Assembly (NCBI GenBank): GCA_033763455.1
Contig: JANRKO010000006.1
Location: 352,001 to 416,000, forward strand
Length of the DNA stretch: 64,000 nt
Source: Polyangiaceae bacterium
GTDB lineage: Bacteria; Myxococcota_A; Polyangia; Polyangiales; Polyangiaceae
Reading direction: 5' to 3'
In this document: positions 35,590 to 46,577 of the stretch, piece after piece
Position numbering within the stretch: the first letter of the stretch is position 1
How the letters are laid out: each line of letters begins with the position of its first letter
Translations under genes and position numbers: made by a program
The notes under the pieces: generated by a model
The model's input: only the letters and a program-made list of their open reading frames with translations
Databases searched by the model: none
Told to the model about the DNA's origin: nothing

Positions 35590-37914
35590 TCAAAAGGTGG
35601 CGTCGACCCCGATATTAGGGATGGTGAAGGGGCCTGCCACTGTAGATTCACAGCTTCGCGGACCGCACTCGCGCCGCACGACTTCCTTGTTCAACGTTGC
35701 GTTGAAGACCTCCAAATGCACACCGATGTCGCGATTGGGTCCCAGGACCCAGCGTTTTTCGGCACGCAAATCCAGTCGAAAGAAGCTTGAGGCGCGATCG
35801 GCGGAATCATAACGAGGGCCATCGTCGGTCAGGCGGCGGGTGGGGACACCCGTATAGAAAACACCACGCCCGCCCAACTGGTACCCCCGGTCAAAACGGT
35901 AACCGATACCGAAATTCGCGACGTGGGTGCGGTCGAACGCGGAAACCCCTTCGGACTTTCCGTACGCACGCGTGGTGCGCGACAGGGTGTACGAAAGCTG
36001 CCCCGAGAGGCGTTCGGTAAGCGCTCGGCGCAGATCTAATTCCAAGCCTACGGCGCGACCCAACGCACGGCTATCGCGGCTCTCGGCGTCGACGTCCGCT
36101 TGGCCCATGGTACCCAGTGGATCATTTAAATCAAAAAAGATGGACTGAAAAGTGGTGGCTGTGCCGGTAATCTGAAGAGGTAAGTGGGTTTTGGCGCCAA
36201 AACTGTGTTGCGCGCTGGATTGCAGCCCACCTTTGAGCCCGGCCACGCGAGCGCCCGGAACTGCCGGCAGGAAGCTCGGTGGCTGGTGTAAAAGGCCGAG
36301 CGACTGAAAAAGGGAAGATTCTGGTGTTAGCTGGTAGACCGCAGAGATGCGCGGATCAACGCCCAGCTCGGTTTGGCCTAGGGAATGATAGCGATCCACT
36401 CGGATACCCGGAGTTACACGTACCCGCCCGAGGCGCCACTCTGTTTCCGCAAACGCAGCGTAGGTGGCATCCATTCGCGTGGGAAAAAGGGCTTTCAAAT
36501 CGGCATAGTTGGCCGCGTCTCTCCCCACGTTGAGCACAAAGAAGTCGAGGGCCGCGTCGCCACCTAAAGTGAAGCTAGCGTTGTCGGCAAAGTCCGTGGA
36601 TAGCGCGCTCCTCGCCCGTAGAGTCCTATCCACCAAGTAGCCGAGGGTGGTGCGGGAGCGATCGATACCGAGAGTTACCGCCGATTCGAGCTTGGTGGAA
36701 GCGTCGAAGTGCCCCGTGTGTCGTAGATCGACCCGGTGAAATTCTGTCCCCGCGAAGTCCCGGTTGTTGTCGGCGAAGTAATCGTACGCTCCGAACGCAA
36801 AAACACCGATCGAATTCTGTGATGTGAGCTTGTAATCAGTGCGAGCCTGGTAATCCCAATACGCAATGCTTGCATCCGTGAAGAGAGAGGCAATCAGGCC
36901 CGTGTAAGAATAGCGCCCCGCCAACAGCATTTGGCCATTCCCATTGGCAAATGGCGCATGCACTAAGCCTCCTGCGTCCAACACTCGGACCGAAGCTTCT
37001 CCTCCGAATCGAGGTGGTGGGGGCGTTGTTTTGGAAGAAATAATGGCGCCGGCGTAGCGGCCGAGTTCTGCTGGAGGCCCTCCGCGGTAAAGATCAACAC
37101 GCTCAATGAGCGATGGGTGGATTACCTGCGGACCCAGGAAAGCGTGAAATAGGAGCGGAACGCTCACGCCGTCGATAAAATAACCGACGTTGCCAGGCGG
37201 CGCGCCACGGATGAAGAAGAAGGGCAGCCCCGACACCACCGACGTGACCCCAGGCAGGCTCTCGATCGCACGGAAGGGATCGCAGAAAGCCCCGGGCAAT
37301 TGCCGCGCTTCAGCCCTGCTCACAGAAGAAGTGTCCGCTGGCACATCCGCTCCGAGGACCGTTACTTCGAGGGGGCGAGCTTCGGCCGCTCGGGCTAGCG
37401 CCGTGCTATCGGATCCCTGCTCACCTTTGGGTGCGGCGGTCGGTTCGCTTGGCGGAGCCTGTTCGAAGCGCACCTCGTAGCGGATCTTCGCAGCCACAGG
37501 CTTCCCCGCTTGTATGGCAGGAACAAACTTCCATCTCAGCGCCTGCTCTTCAGCGGCACCGGTAAACGGGGGGGCGCCTCGCACAGCCCGGGCCAAGACT
37601 ACTTCGCCTGTCGCGCTGACGATTAACTCCAGCTCCACCACACTACTTCCCGTGGCGCCCTCCGGGTATTGGGAGATAGCCTGGATGGGCGAAGGTGGGG
37701 TAATGCTGGGTGGATGCACCGCGTTGGGGCTAGTGGAAACCAGCGCGGGCGACGAGCCAGCTTGAGGGTGTGGATCCGGCGCGTTAGGCGCCGCCTGCGC
37801 CAACCCTAGGGTGAACAAGGTGGCGCACCAAAGATCCCCCAAGAACCCCAAAAGCAGCGAAGGTCGGGGGCGAAGCCTCGGCAATTGGGCGCTGATTGGA
37901 GAGAACGGCGGCAC
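35590..37914 (-). CDS. TonB C-terminal domain fused to a TonB-dependent receptor
   Basis: YPEGA...WKFVPAIQAGKPVA TonB-C; DPFRAIESLPGV, IRGAPPGNVGYFIDG plug; C-terminal F. Confidence 0.88.
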   Translation of the reverse strand: MPPFSPISAQLPRLRPRPSLLLGFLGDLWCATLFTLGLAQAAPNAPDPHPQAGSSPALVSTSPNAVHPPSITPPSPIQAISQYPEGATGSSVVELELIVSATGEVVLARAVRGAPPFTGAAEEQALRWKFVPAIQAGKPVAAKIRYEVRFEQAPPSEPTAAPKGEQGSDSTALARAAEARPLEVTVLGADVPADTSSVSRAEARQLPGAFCDPFRAIESLPGVTSVVSGLPFFFIRGAPPGNVGYFIDGVSVPLLFHAFLGPQVIHPSLIERVDLYRGGPPAELGRYAGAIISSKTTPPPPRFGGEASVRVLDAGGLVHAPFANGNGQMLLAGRYSYTGLIASLFTDASIAYWDYQARTDYKLTSQNSIGVFAFGAYDYFADNNRDFAGTEFHRVDLRHTGHFDASTKLESAVTLGIDRSRTTLGYLVDRTLRARSALSTDFADNASFTLGGDAALDFFVLNVGRDAANYADLKALFPTRMDATYAAFAETEWRLGRVRVTPGIRVDRYHSLGQTELGVDPRISAVYQLTPESSLFQSLGLLHQPPSFLPAVPGARVAGLKGGLQSSAQHSFGAKTHLPLQITGTATTFQSIFFDLNDPLGTMGQADVDAESRDSRALGRAVGLELDLRRALTERLSGQLSYTLSRTTRAYGKSEGVSAFDRTHVANFGIGYRFDRGYQLGGRGVFYTGVPTRRLTDDGPRYDSADRASSFFRLDLRAEKRWVLGPNRDIGVHLEVFNATLNKEVVRRECGPRSCESTVAGPFTIPNIGVDATF

Positions 37915-37946
37915 TTCGCTGAGTCCAACTGTATACTGATTCGGTC

Positions 37947-39626
37947 ATGGCGTCGGCCCTAGGTCGTTCACTTCGTTACTTCCTCTTGGCTGCCGCCAAT
38001 ACTTCAGTATTCGGCGCCGCGGCCTGCACCACGGTTGAGGGTGGAGTCTCTGGGTTTGGCGAAAAAGTGCTGCGCCCTGAGGACTCGTATGTGGACGGTC
38101 CCGGTCGGCAGTTAGCCACTGGTGTCTTCACTCAATTCGCGCTCGATCCAGTAGCGCCTACGGGCCCTCACGTGATTTCTTTTCAGCACAAAGATGCTGG
38201 TGTGGCGTTGGTGTCCATCCCCTTCGATGGTACCCCGAGTTGCGAGCTCGGGCCTGCGATCGCTTACAGTGTTTTTGCGAGCACAGGCGAGGTGCCACGC
38301 CGGATTTCCTATCTCGAAAGTGGAGGCTCTAAACGTCTGAGCGGCCTTTTGCGCTTCGGTGACTACGAGTGTCAGCACTATATGGATCCGATACCGGACG
38401 CGACGTTACCCGCTCAAACAGGGGACGCTCAAAGTTTCCTCACGCTCACGGGGCCAGGCGAGCTCTTGCGGCTCAACCCGTGGCAAGAAACGAAGCAAGT
38501 GCTGGCGCAGAACGTCCAACAATACGAAATTTCCAATCACCAGAAGCTTCCCCCAAGATCGATGTGGCTGCTGGAGTCTGGAAAGCTGTTGTTGCGAGAT
38601 GTCGAAGGCAAGGAGCTCGCGAGCTTCGGCGAACAGGTCGGCGAGTATCGAGCGTTTTCGGCGAGTCCCGAGGGTACAGCGTGGGTCGCAATGTACGCGG
38701 AGCCTGGTGGTATTTTCATGGTGCCGGACACTCTCGGTATGCCGACTCGGATAGCAGACACAGGCTGTGCCTTGGCATTGCTCTCAAGCCCAGTCGAGGC
38801 GCGTGGCCCGTGGCTCAGCTACTTCTCGCCATGCGAAAAAGGCGCACTCGCGCTGCAGCATCTCGGCACCAATGAGCGGTTGAACATTGCCGAAGGGGTC
38901 ACCACCGTACCCCGGTTTGTGAATACGGTGCTTGGGCTGAGCTTGCTCTACTTGCAAGGTGGAAACGGGCGCGTTGGAACCCTAACGTTAACGCCATTTC
39001 GCGGAATGCCTTTGAAAGTGGCGGAGCTGGTTGATTGGCGCGTGGTGGGGCCAGGCGCGGGGGATAAGCTGCGGGTGTTAGCCGACAGTGATGGTTCGGT
39101 TGGCAGGCTTGTAGATATTGACCTCAAAACCCAGGCCGTATCCGAGTTGGCTACGCGGGTACTTCCAGACTTTGGGTTAGGCTTGTTAATCAATTTTGAC
39201 GGGAAAACCGGGGATTGGGCTCAGGTGGACGCCGCGGGGAGCGTACGGACGATCACGACGGGCGTGCCTTTTCACTCACCGTTGGTGGTGAAGGATTGGG
39301 TGCTTGCTCTCGATCACATGAGTGGCCCAACCGGGCGCCTGGTAGCGTTAAATCCAGCACTGAGCTCGCTCACCCCGGTTGCTGAAGGGGTTCCTCCGGG
39401 CGGTTTCTCCATCGTGGAAGAATCTCCCGTGGCTTTGTACATCACTCGCTATCAGGCGGAGCTCGGCACCGGGCAACTCCGCGCGCAGCTTCTCACTACG
39501 GGTGACGATCTTGCGGTGAGCGAGGGTGTTGGAGAGTTTGAAGTGACCCTCTGGCCGAAGCCCGGCGTGCTCTACGCCATACCCACGGGTGCCCGTCAGG
39601 GGCTTTGGTTTGCAGCAGCCCGCTAA
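37947..39626 (+). CDS. Hypothetical lipoprotein, beta-rich
   Basis: 559-aa ORF, signal peptide ending in AAAC. Confidence 0.75.
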   Translation: MASALGRSLRYFLLAAANTSVFGAAACTTVEGGVSGFGEKVLRPEDSYVDGPGRQLATGVFTQFALDPVAPTGPHVISFQHKDAGVALVSIPFDGTPSCELGPAIAYSVFASTGEVPRRISYLESGGSKRLSGLLRFGDYECQHYMDPIPDATLPAQTGDAQSFLTLTGPGELLRLNPWQETKQVLAQNVQQYEISNHQKLPPRSMWLLESGKLLLRDVEGKELASFGEQVGEYRAFSASPEGTAWVAMYAEPGGIFMVPDTLGMPTRIADTGCALALLSSPVEARGPWLSYFSPCEKGALALQHLGTNERLNIAEGVTTVPRFVNTVLGLSLLYLQGGNGRVGTLTLTPFRGMPLKVAELVDWRVVGPGAGDKLRVLADSDGSVGRLVDIDLKTQAVSELATRVLPDFGLGLLINFDGKTGDWAQVDAAGSVRTITTGVPFHSPLVVKDWVLALDHMSGPTGRLVALNPALSSLTPVAEGVPPGGFSIVEESPVALYITRYQAELGTGQLRAQLLTTGDDLAVSEGVGEFEVTLWPKPGVLYAIPTGARQGLWFAAAR

Positions 39627-39800
39627 GGCTGCGCCATCGGGTGTGTGCCAGCTTCAACCCGCGTGACTCGAGTGTCATGGGATAGGGTGACCCTAGGGTT
39701 AACCCGATCCACGCGGTTGTTTCGAGAATATCTCAAGAAGAGGCCAATCTAGTATCGCTGGAACGGAATGTGCTTAGATGCGTGCTCGGAGGTTTTCCTC

Positions 39801-41591
39801 ATGAAGCATCGGGTGAGCAAGAATCAGTTTGGGCGCCAGTGGTTGTGGGCATTCATGATGGGGGCGGCCGGTGGGTTAGCGGCGGGCTGCAGTGCTGACG
39901 AGTCGCTCAGTGCTCGCGCGAGTGGTGGCTCAGGCTTTAGCCCGTCGGCACCGACTGCGATTTCTGGTCCGGATTTGTTGGGCCCTGGTAACGGTGCAAG
40001 TGCTAGCGGTGGTGCCGCGAGTGCCCCGATGTTGCCTCCCGAAAAGGAAGTGCCCATCGATTCCGAGCGTCCGCACGCGGGAGATCGCTTTGTGTACGTG
40101 CCGAATCCTCAAAGCGACAACGTCGCGGTGATCGATGCCGATACGTTGGCGATTCGCACCGTGGAAGTTGGGGACGAGCCTCGTTACTTGGAGACGCTTG
40201 GGGGCAAAGATGTGGCCATTGTGCTGAACGTGCTTTCCGACGATGCACATATCCTTCGCACTGACGCCATGGGTACGACTTCTCCGCACCGCCTAGAAGT
40301 GTTGTCGGGTTCGAACGCCATCGCCGTAGCTCCGGATGGAAAACACGCCATCACGTACTTCGATGCTGCACGCGGCATCGGGGGGCGAACGGGCAGTTTT
40401 CAGGATGTGAACTTGATAACCATCGGGGCTGACGCCGGAGCCGACGCTTCCGTCGGGCTTTCTGTGGGTTTTCGCCCAAGTCGGGTGTTTTTCAACCAAG
40501 CCTCCACCGAGGCCTACGTAGTAACGGAAGACGGCGTTTCGATCGTTAACTTTGCGGCACTTGAAAAGGGAGGCATTCCCAAAACAGTGGCTGTTGCGCC
40601 CCGTGAGCAGGCCAAGGTGCTAGACGTATCCGTTACTCCAGACGGTCAGTTCGCGCTCGGGCGTGTGCCCGGAGAAAGCTCGATCAGGCTCGTGGAGCTC
40701 GCGACCGGTGCCATCAAGATCCTAGACTTTAAGGATATTATTCATCAGGATCCGATACCGACCCCGTCGGGAGCGGCGGGCTCCGCGTCCATGGCTGGTG
40801 CTGCCGGGATGGCTGGCGTTGGCAATGTGGGCGGCGGGTCGAACACGCCGCCGCCTGCGCTCGATCTTTCGGACCTAGATGTTGCGGCTAGCGGCGAGTT
40901 TGCCATTGCAGTGGTGAGGAACTTGAGCATGGTGGTGCGCATTCCTGTACCCGGAGGGTTCGCTGTACCAAATACGGCGACAACCCTCCCGATTACAGGC
41001 GAAGCGATCGGTTCGGTGGTGTTGGCTCCCGATGGCAAGAAGGCATTGCTTTACACAACGGCACAGGCCGGTGTGGAACGAGTGACAACTCTCGATCTGG
41101 TGAGCAATCAGTTCTCCGTACAGGATTTGCGAAAGTCCACCCAAGCAGTAGCGATTAGCGGCGACGGCAAGGTCGCTCTCGTTGTGCACGATAAAGTCGC
41201 AGGCGATCCTGCGGAGCCGGGCATCGACCAAGACGTGATGATCGACCGATCTTATGGCTACAGCCTAATCCAGCTGGATAAGGGCTTCGCCAAGCTTCAA
41301 CTCACGCAAACCAACGTGGGGCCATTTAGCATTACGCCAGATAGCAGTGCACTTTTCTTGTTATTCAAAGCTACGGGCGTGGCTGAAATTCAGCGTGTGG
41401 GCCTTGATAACTTTAGCGTTACACGGATCTCCGTCGGCAGCCCTCCGTTGTCTCTGGGTGCCGTTCCGCGAACCCAAAAGGTGTTCGTTGGCCAGGAGCA
41501 TCCCGATGGGCGCATTACGTTCGTAGATTTTGCCGGCAAGAACGTCGAAAGCGTGACCGGCTTTGAGAAGAATAGTCGCATCCGCGAGTGA
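39801..41591 (+). CDS. YncE/YVTN-like beta-propeller lipoprotein
   Basis: LAAGC lipobox; repeated VAVID, IAVAPDG, VSVTPDG, ITPDS blades; GGAGG RBS. Confidence 0.82.
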   Translation: MKHRVSKNQFGRQWLWAFMMGAAGGLAAGCSADESLSARASGGSGFSPSAPTAISGPDLLGPGNGASASGGAASAPMLPPEKEVPIDSERPHAGDRFVYVPNPQSDNVAVIDADTLAIRTVEVGDEPRYLETLGGKDVAIVLNVLSDDAHILRTDAMGTTSPHRLEVLSGSNAIAVAPDGKHAITYFDAARGIGGRTGSFQDVNLITIGADAGADASVGLSVGFRPSRVFFNQASTEAYVVTEDGVSIVNFAALEKGGIPKTVAVAPREQAKVLDVSVTPDGQFALGRVPGESSIRLVELATGAIKILDFKDIIHQDPIPTPSGAAGSASMAGAAGMAGVGNVGGGSNTPPPALDLSDLDVAASGEFAIAVVRNLSMVVRIPVPGGFAVPNTATTLPITGEAIGSVVLAPDGKKALLYTTAQAGVERVTTLDLVSNQFSVQDLRKSTQAVAISGDGKVALVVHDKVAGDPAEPGIDQDVMIDRSYGYSLIQLDKGFAKLQLTQTNVGPFSITPDSSALFLLFKATGVAEIQRVGLDNFSVTRISVGSPPLSLGAVPRTQKVFVGQEHPDGRITFVDFAGKNVESVTGFEKNSRIRE

Positions 41592-41627
41592 TGGGGGTTT
41601 CGCGTCAAGCCCTTACCAAGGAGAGCC

Positions 41628-43238
41628 ATGGTTTCTTTTAAGAATCTAGTTCCAGTTACGTTCTTATTGGCTGTTGGAGTCGCCGGGTGTGGCGGCGACC
41701 GCTCGAAGGAGCAACCTGCAAACATCATTGCGTCCCTGGCGCTCAGCGATCACGCCGTGTTCATTGACCAAGCCAATGATCGGGCGTTCCTTCTGGATGT
41801 GGGGGCAAGCCCAAACCCGAGCTCCAAAGTATTGGGGTTGCCCAAGCGCCCGCTCCTGGCGCAGCGACGCTTGAGCCCAACGGTGTTGGATCCAAACGCT
41901 ACTGATCCTGACGAGGTGCTGGTGTTGTCAGCAGGGGACGTAGATTCGAGCGAAATTGGGCCGAGTATTGCGGTGCTAAAAAAGGACCAAGTCGCCCGCA
42001 CTTATCCCTTGCCCGCGCCTTTCGATTCGATCGTGCAGTCGCCCGATGGGCGTTACGTAGTGGCCAAATTTGGGCAGGATAATTCGCCCAATCGGCTGTT
42101 GTTCAATCGCAATGAGACGGCGATCATTGATCTTACGCAACCCCCAGAAGAAGGGAAAAATCCTGTAGACCGCACCATTCGCGGGTTTGGCGACCCTCCG
42201 AAACGCATTCTTTTTTCGCCGCCCATGACAATTAACGGAGAAGCCAGGCAGCTGGCGTTGGTGCTGTTCAAGCAGGTTGTGGCGATCTTGGATCTCAACC
42301 ACCTCGATCGCCCTGAGTTTACCATCGAATTGGGGGCCAATGCTCCGGACGCCCCAGCCATTGATTTGGAGCAGGTGCTCTTCGACACCAACGAAAACAA
42401 GATTTACCTCCGCGGTACCGCGTCCACGGACATCTACGTTGTTCAGTTGGCAGCGCGTGACGCGGTCGTGGACGCCTCCAAGAATGATTTCGTGCCGTCC
42501 CTGAATCAATTGGGTGGCGGCGCTCAGCTCAAAGATATGGCGCTCTACGGAGCCGAAGCTGACCGCAGGCTGCTGGTGGCCGCCGGTGGGAACGCGCTTG
42601 TAATCGATGCAGATTCCAATCGTGTTACCACGGTGCCATTGCCCGCGGCGGCGACGAACATGTTGGTTTTTCGGGGGAGATCGCCCCAGGTAGACACCGT
42701 GGACACACGAGCACTGCTTTATTCAGAGGGAAGCTCGGACGTCGTCTTCCTGGATCTTGGGCAGATCGAAGATCGAAAAGCGCGCAACGCTGAACGGCTC
42801 AAGGTGAGTCCGTACGAAAAGGTGATCCCCCTGGGCAAGGCTCTTGGCGGCACCGATACGGATAACCTGGTGATGTTGCTCCACAGTGGAACTCTGGGGG
42901 CGAGCATTCTCAATCTGGATTTGCGCACAGTTTCGCGTATATCCACGCAGGTTGATCTGGAGGGAGGGCTGCCGGATCCATTCTTGAATCGAGTTTGGGT
43001 TGCGCCAAGGTCGCAAGATAAGCTCGGGTTTGTGGAGCTTGATCCCAATAAGATTCAGCCAACGGAGGTTCGGCTAGACTATCCCGTGTCGGATTTGCTG
43101 TTGTTTACGCAAGGTACACAAAAGCGTGTGCTGGTAACTCATCCCAGTAGCATTGGCCGCGCAACGTTGCTGGAGGCCAATGCTCTTAGGGACGTAAAAC
43201 AGGCTATTGTGCTCGAAGGCTACCTTCTGGGGGAATGA
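41628..43238 (+). CDS. Hypothetical beta-propeller-like lipoprotein
   Basis: VAGC lipobox; QSPDGRY blade; AAGGAG RBS. Confidence 0.78.
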   Translation: MVSFKNLVPVTFLLAVGVAGCGGDRSKEQPANIIASLALSDHAVFIDQANDRAFLLDVGASPNPSSKVLGLPKRPLLAQRRLSPTVLDPNATDPDEVLVLSAGDVDSSEIGPSIAVLKKDQVARTYPLPAPFDSIVQSPDGRYVVAKFGQDNSPNRLLFNRNETAIIDLTQPPEEGKNPVDRTIRGFGDPPKRILFSPPMTINGEARQLALVLFKQVVAILDLNHLDRPEFTIELGANAPDAPAIDLEQVLFDTNENKIYLRGTASTDIYVVQLAARDAVVDASKNDFVPSLNQLGGGAQLKDMALYGAEADRRLLVAAGGNALVIDADSNRVTTVPLPAAATNMLVFRGRSPQVDTVDTRALLYSEGSSDVVFLDLGQIEDRKARNAERLKVSPYEKVIPLGKALGGTDTDNLVMLLHSGTLGASILNLDLRTVSRISTQVDLEGGLPDPFLNRVWVAPRSQDKLGFVELDPNKIQPTEVRLDYPVSDLLLFTQGTQKRVLVTHPSSIGRATLLEANALRDVKQAIVLEGYLLGE

Positions 43239-43250
43239 GTGGAAAACGTC

Positions 43251-44354
43251 ATGAAGAAACTTGCCATTGCTAGTTGGTTCTCGGTTGCCACGTCTGTAGC
43301 TCATTGTGCGTCCGCTCAAACCGCGAAACCCGCGGCACCGGAGAGCCCCAAGGCCGAGGTGCCTAAGGCGGCCGCTCCCAAAGCTCAAGTAGCGCCCACG
43401 CCCCCTCCACCTGCGCCCGTGGTAGAAACACCGGCTCCACCCGGGCCTCAGGCAGAAACGCCCACGCCATCAACACCCTCGGGAACAACGCCCGAGTCGG
43501 CGGCGCTAGTCGGTTCTGAAGGCTCTGGAGGAACCCCAGATGCTCCCTCCCCAGCAAGCGACTTCCCTCCTGTGCTCAATCCAGTAGACGGCGCACCTGA
43601 AGCAAGGCCGTCCGAGGTCTCACGTCCAACCGTGAGTGCTCCCCGTGTGATCGCAATCCATGAGGCTACTCCGGCAGCCGTTACGCCCAACGACGGCAGC
43701 TCGCGTAAGAGTCGCCCCCTATCTACGGTATTCAATGGTTCACTTCGAACCTATTTCGATGTGAACGGTGTTTGGAACCTAGATGACAGTTATCAGTTGT
43801 TTGACAATTCAGATGTTAACTGGAGATTCGGCGTCAGTGCGGGGTACGACCTGCTGAAGTTTGGGACCGGCTGGGTGCTCTCGCCTGAGCTTGGTTGGTC
43901 GCACGAGGGTGCGACGGGTGGGCCAAATTCTCCTCAGCTTTCGCAGAAGGAAATCACCGGAGATCATTTCTTTTCAGCCATTAGGGGCCGCTATTCCTTG
44001 GTTTCCTGGCTAGAAAGTTTTGGTCGGCTTCAGGGGGGCCTTGCCTGGACGCGTGTGGACTTGGCTGCATCAACCGCCCAAGCCGACAATTTTTCAATCG
44101 ACGACAAGGCCCCAGAATTTCAGCTGGGCGCGGGCCTGCAGGCCCGCACCCCTGATTCGGATGGAGCCCCTCCCGGGGAAAGTCTGTCGCTCGGCATGAT
44201 GGTTGAAGGAGGGTACCAGCTGGCACCGGCTTTGGCGCTCAAGCTGGAGCGTGATCCGTCTGCAGGTCAACGGTTCACAGTACTAACTTCCGATCTGGGA
44301 GAACTTTCACGTAGTGGCCCTTTCATCCGCTTCGGGGCGTTTGCGCGTTTCTAG
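43251..44354 (+). CDS. Putative outer-membrane beta-barrel with Pro-rich linker
   Basis: Signal peptide, Pro/Ala-rich region, alternating beta strands, terminal FIRFGAFARF. Confidence 0.72.
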   Translation: MKKLAIASWFSVATSVAHCASAQTAKPAAPESPKAEVPKAAAPKAQVAPTPPPPAPVVETPAPPGPQAETPTPSTPSGTTPESAALVGSEGSGGTPDAPSPASDFPPVLNPVDGAPEARPSEVSRPTVSAPRVIAIHEATPAAVTPNDGSSRKSRPLSTVFNGSLRTYFDVNGVWNLDDSYQLFDNSDVNWRFGVSAGYDLLKFGTGWVLSPELGWSHEGATGGPNSPQLSQKEITGDHFFSAIRGRYSLVSWLESFGRLQGGLAWTRVDLAASTAQADNFSIDDKAPEFQLGAGLQARTPDSDGAPPGESLSLGMMVEGGYQLAPALALKLERDPSAGQRFTVLTSDLGELSRSGPFIRFGAFARF

Positions 44355-44378
44355 GAAGTTCTTGGAAACGCGCTCGGG

Positions 44379-46124
44379 TCACACGGTGTCCCAAGCGTAG
44401 CCTTCTCGCTCAAACGCGAAATCCGCCAGGCCTTTCACCAGCTCGTCTTCGTTCTTGTCGATTTCGATCAGGTTTACGTCGATGCGGCGCTGAGCCTGGC
44501 CTGCAAATGCCTTGGCGATGTCGATCTCCCGGCTCACCACGCTTTCGCCTTCGGCCGTAATGCGTGCGGTTACCCGGCTCAGGACGCAGCCGAGCGCAAA
44601 TAGATCGATCATGATGTCGGCCAGGCGCCTGGTTGCGAACTGTTTCTCGATGATAAGCTTCCCGTGCCGGCGCAGAAGACGGTCGGCGGCTGTGGCCAAA
44701 TCGCGCGTCTTATCCTCGAAAATTCCGGCTTGGGCCTTGAGTGCGGGGTGCACTTTGGTGAGACGGCTTTTCTCGCGCGGCACACCGGTGGCCAGCGCTG
44801 CGCGGCGGAGGGCGTAGTCGCGCACGACACCGAAACCCTTGATGGGATCATCGAATACGCCTTTGAGCGAGCGCGAAAGCTCTTTCAATTCGGCGCCCAC
44901 ATCGTTCATCGCGGAAAGCGCGATGAAGAGCCGCAAGATTTCGTTGGTGCCTTCAAAGATGCGATTAATCCGACAATCCCGCACGAGGCGTTCATAGGGA
45001 AATTCGCACATGTAGCCGTTGCCCGCGGCGATCTGTAGAGCTTCGTCAGCGGAGCGCCAGAGGCACTCGCTAGCTAGCACCTTACTTATGGCCGCTTCAA
45101 TTGCGTAGTCTTCAACCTTTTGATCAACCAAGCCTGCAACCATGGAAACGACCGATTCGGTTGCGTAACAGTCGATTACCATTTGGCCGACCTTCTGTTT
45201 GATTAAACCGTATTCACTGATGGGTTTGCCAAACTGCACCCGTTCGGTGGCTTGTTTACTCGCGAGCGCGATCAGGCGCTTCATGCCGCCAACAGACCCG
45301 CCACCGAGGCCAGTGCGGCCGCTGTTCAGGATGTTCATGGCGACCTTAAAACCTTTGCCTTCTTCGCCCAGAAGGTTCGCTTTAGGGATGCGCACGTTGT
45401 CAAAATGCACCGTGGTGGTGGAGCTGGCGCGCAGCCCCATCTTATTCTCGTGAGGGCCCGTGGAGACTCCGGGCATGTCGCGGGTTACGATGAAGGCGCT
45501 AAGGTTTTTGCGTTCATCGGCGGCGCCAGTCTTGGCAAAAACGGTGAAAAAATCAGCAATTCCGCCGTTTGTGATCCAGATCTTTTCACCGTTTAAAATG
45601 TAATCATCGCCATCCTTTTCAGCTCGCGTACGAATTGATGCAGCGTCCGAGCCGGAGGTGGGCTCCGTGAGGCAAAAAGCCGCGATCATTTCGCCAGCGG
45701 CTAACTTGGGATAGTACCGCGCGCGCTGTTCTTCGTTGCCGAACAACAAAAGGCCGCGCATACCGATGGAGCTGTGAGCTCCCACTGTGACGGCTACGGA
45801 GGCATCGTACTTGGAGATTTGTTGAAGGGTGCGTGAATAGGCAGTGCTGCCGAAGCCCACACCTCCGTGTTCCTCCGGAATTACCAACCCAAACAAACCA
45901 AACTGTCGCAGTTCTTCCAAGAACTCATCGGGCAGGTGTGCCGCGCGGTCCCACTCCCCAAATTCCTTCGCCTTAGGTTTCAGCAAGGAGTCGATGGACT
46001 CGAGCACTGTTTGCAGTGTCTCCTGTTCCTTGGGATCCATCTTGGGGAATGGGAACAGAATGTCTTCTTCGATTTCGCCGACAGACAGCGAAACCATGAA
46101 GCTACTTTTGGGTCGTTCGGTCAC
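44379..46124 (-). CDS. Acyl-CoA dehydrogenase (VLCAD/ACAD9-like)
   Basis: AFCLTEPTSGSD, LNGEKIWITNG, KMGLRAS, RVQFGKPI, RIFEGTNEILR; GAAGGAG RBS before GTG. Confidence 0.95.
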   Translation of the reverse strand: MTERPKSSFMVSLSVGEIEEDILFPFPKMDPKEQETLQTVLESIDSLLKPKAKEFGEWDRAAHLPDEFLEELRQFGLFGLVIPEEHGGVGFGSTAYSRTLQQISKYDASVAVTVGAHSSIGMRGLLLFGNEEQRARYYPKLAAGEMIAAFCLTEPTSGSDAASIRTRAEKDGDDYILNGEKIWITNGGIADFFTVFAKTGAADERKNLSAFIVTRDMPGVSTGPHENKMGLRASSTTTVHFDNVRIPKANLLGEEGKGFKVAMNILNSGRTGLGGGSVGGMKRLIALASKQATERVQFGKPISEYGLIKQKVGQMVIDCYATESVVSMVAGLVDQKVEDYAIEAAISKVLASECLWRSADEALQIAAGNGYMCEFPYERLVRDCRINRIFEGTNEILRLFIALSAMNDVGAELKELSRSLKGVFDDPIKGFGVVRDYALRRAALATGVPREKSRLTKVHPALKAQAGIFEDKTRDLATAADRLLRRHGKLIIEKQFATRRLADIMIDLFALGCVLSRVTARITAEGESVVSREIDIAKAFAGQAQRRIDVNLIEIDKNEDELVKGLADFAFEREGYAWDTV

Positions 46125-46577
46125 GTGAGAGTCTCCTTCAGATTTCTCAGGATACGCTCTCGACCCCAGGGGTGCGCCAGCCCCTTCTAGCCGCAACGCA
46201 GGGACCCGTCGTTGGGTACCGAACTGGATGACCAGAGTGCCCCGCGCGAAGCGGAGCGAGTCGCCCATGAATAGGCTCAACGGCCGGAAGCTCGGTTCCT
46301 CGAGATGCCTCGACGAAAGGGATCCAAAACCAGGCCCAATCATTTGGGGCGACGTGTGGCGCGTCGCTCAGCCCGGCGAGATCAACGTGATACTCGCCGG
46401 GACCGAGCGGAGCGAGGCCCCCGGCCCGATTGACTGGTTGCTCCAAGCGTTAGCGTTTTTTCCGGCCGTCCGTCCATGGTCATTTGTTCGAGGTCCCCGA
46501 GGCCCGTTGACCCCGTTTAGTTCGGGGCCTTCCGACGGCGCTCGGGGTCGTGGATAGTGGAAGCTCGGGCTGCGCCA

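Noticed and set aside
46228..46557. 109-aa ORF between the acyl-CoA dehydrogenase and the Rieske oxygenase
   Set aside because: No recognisable motif or RBS; cannot be supported as a gene
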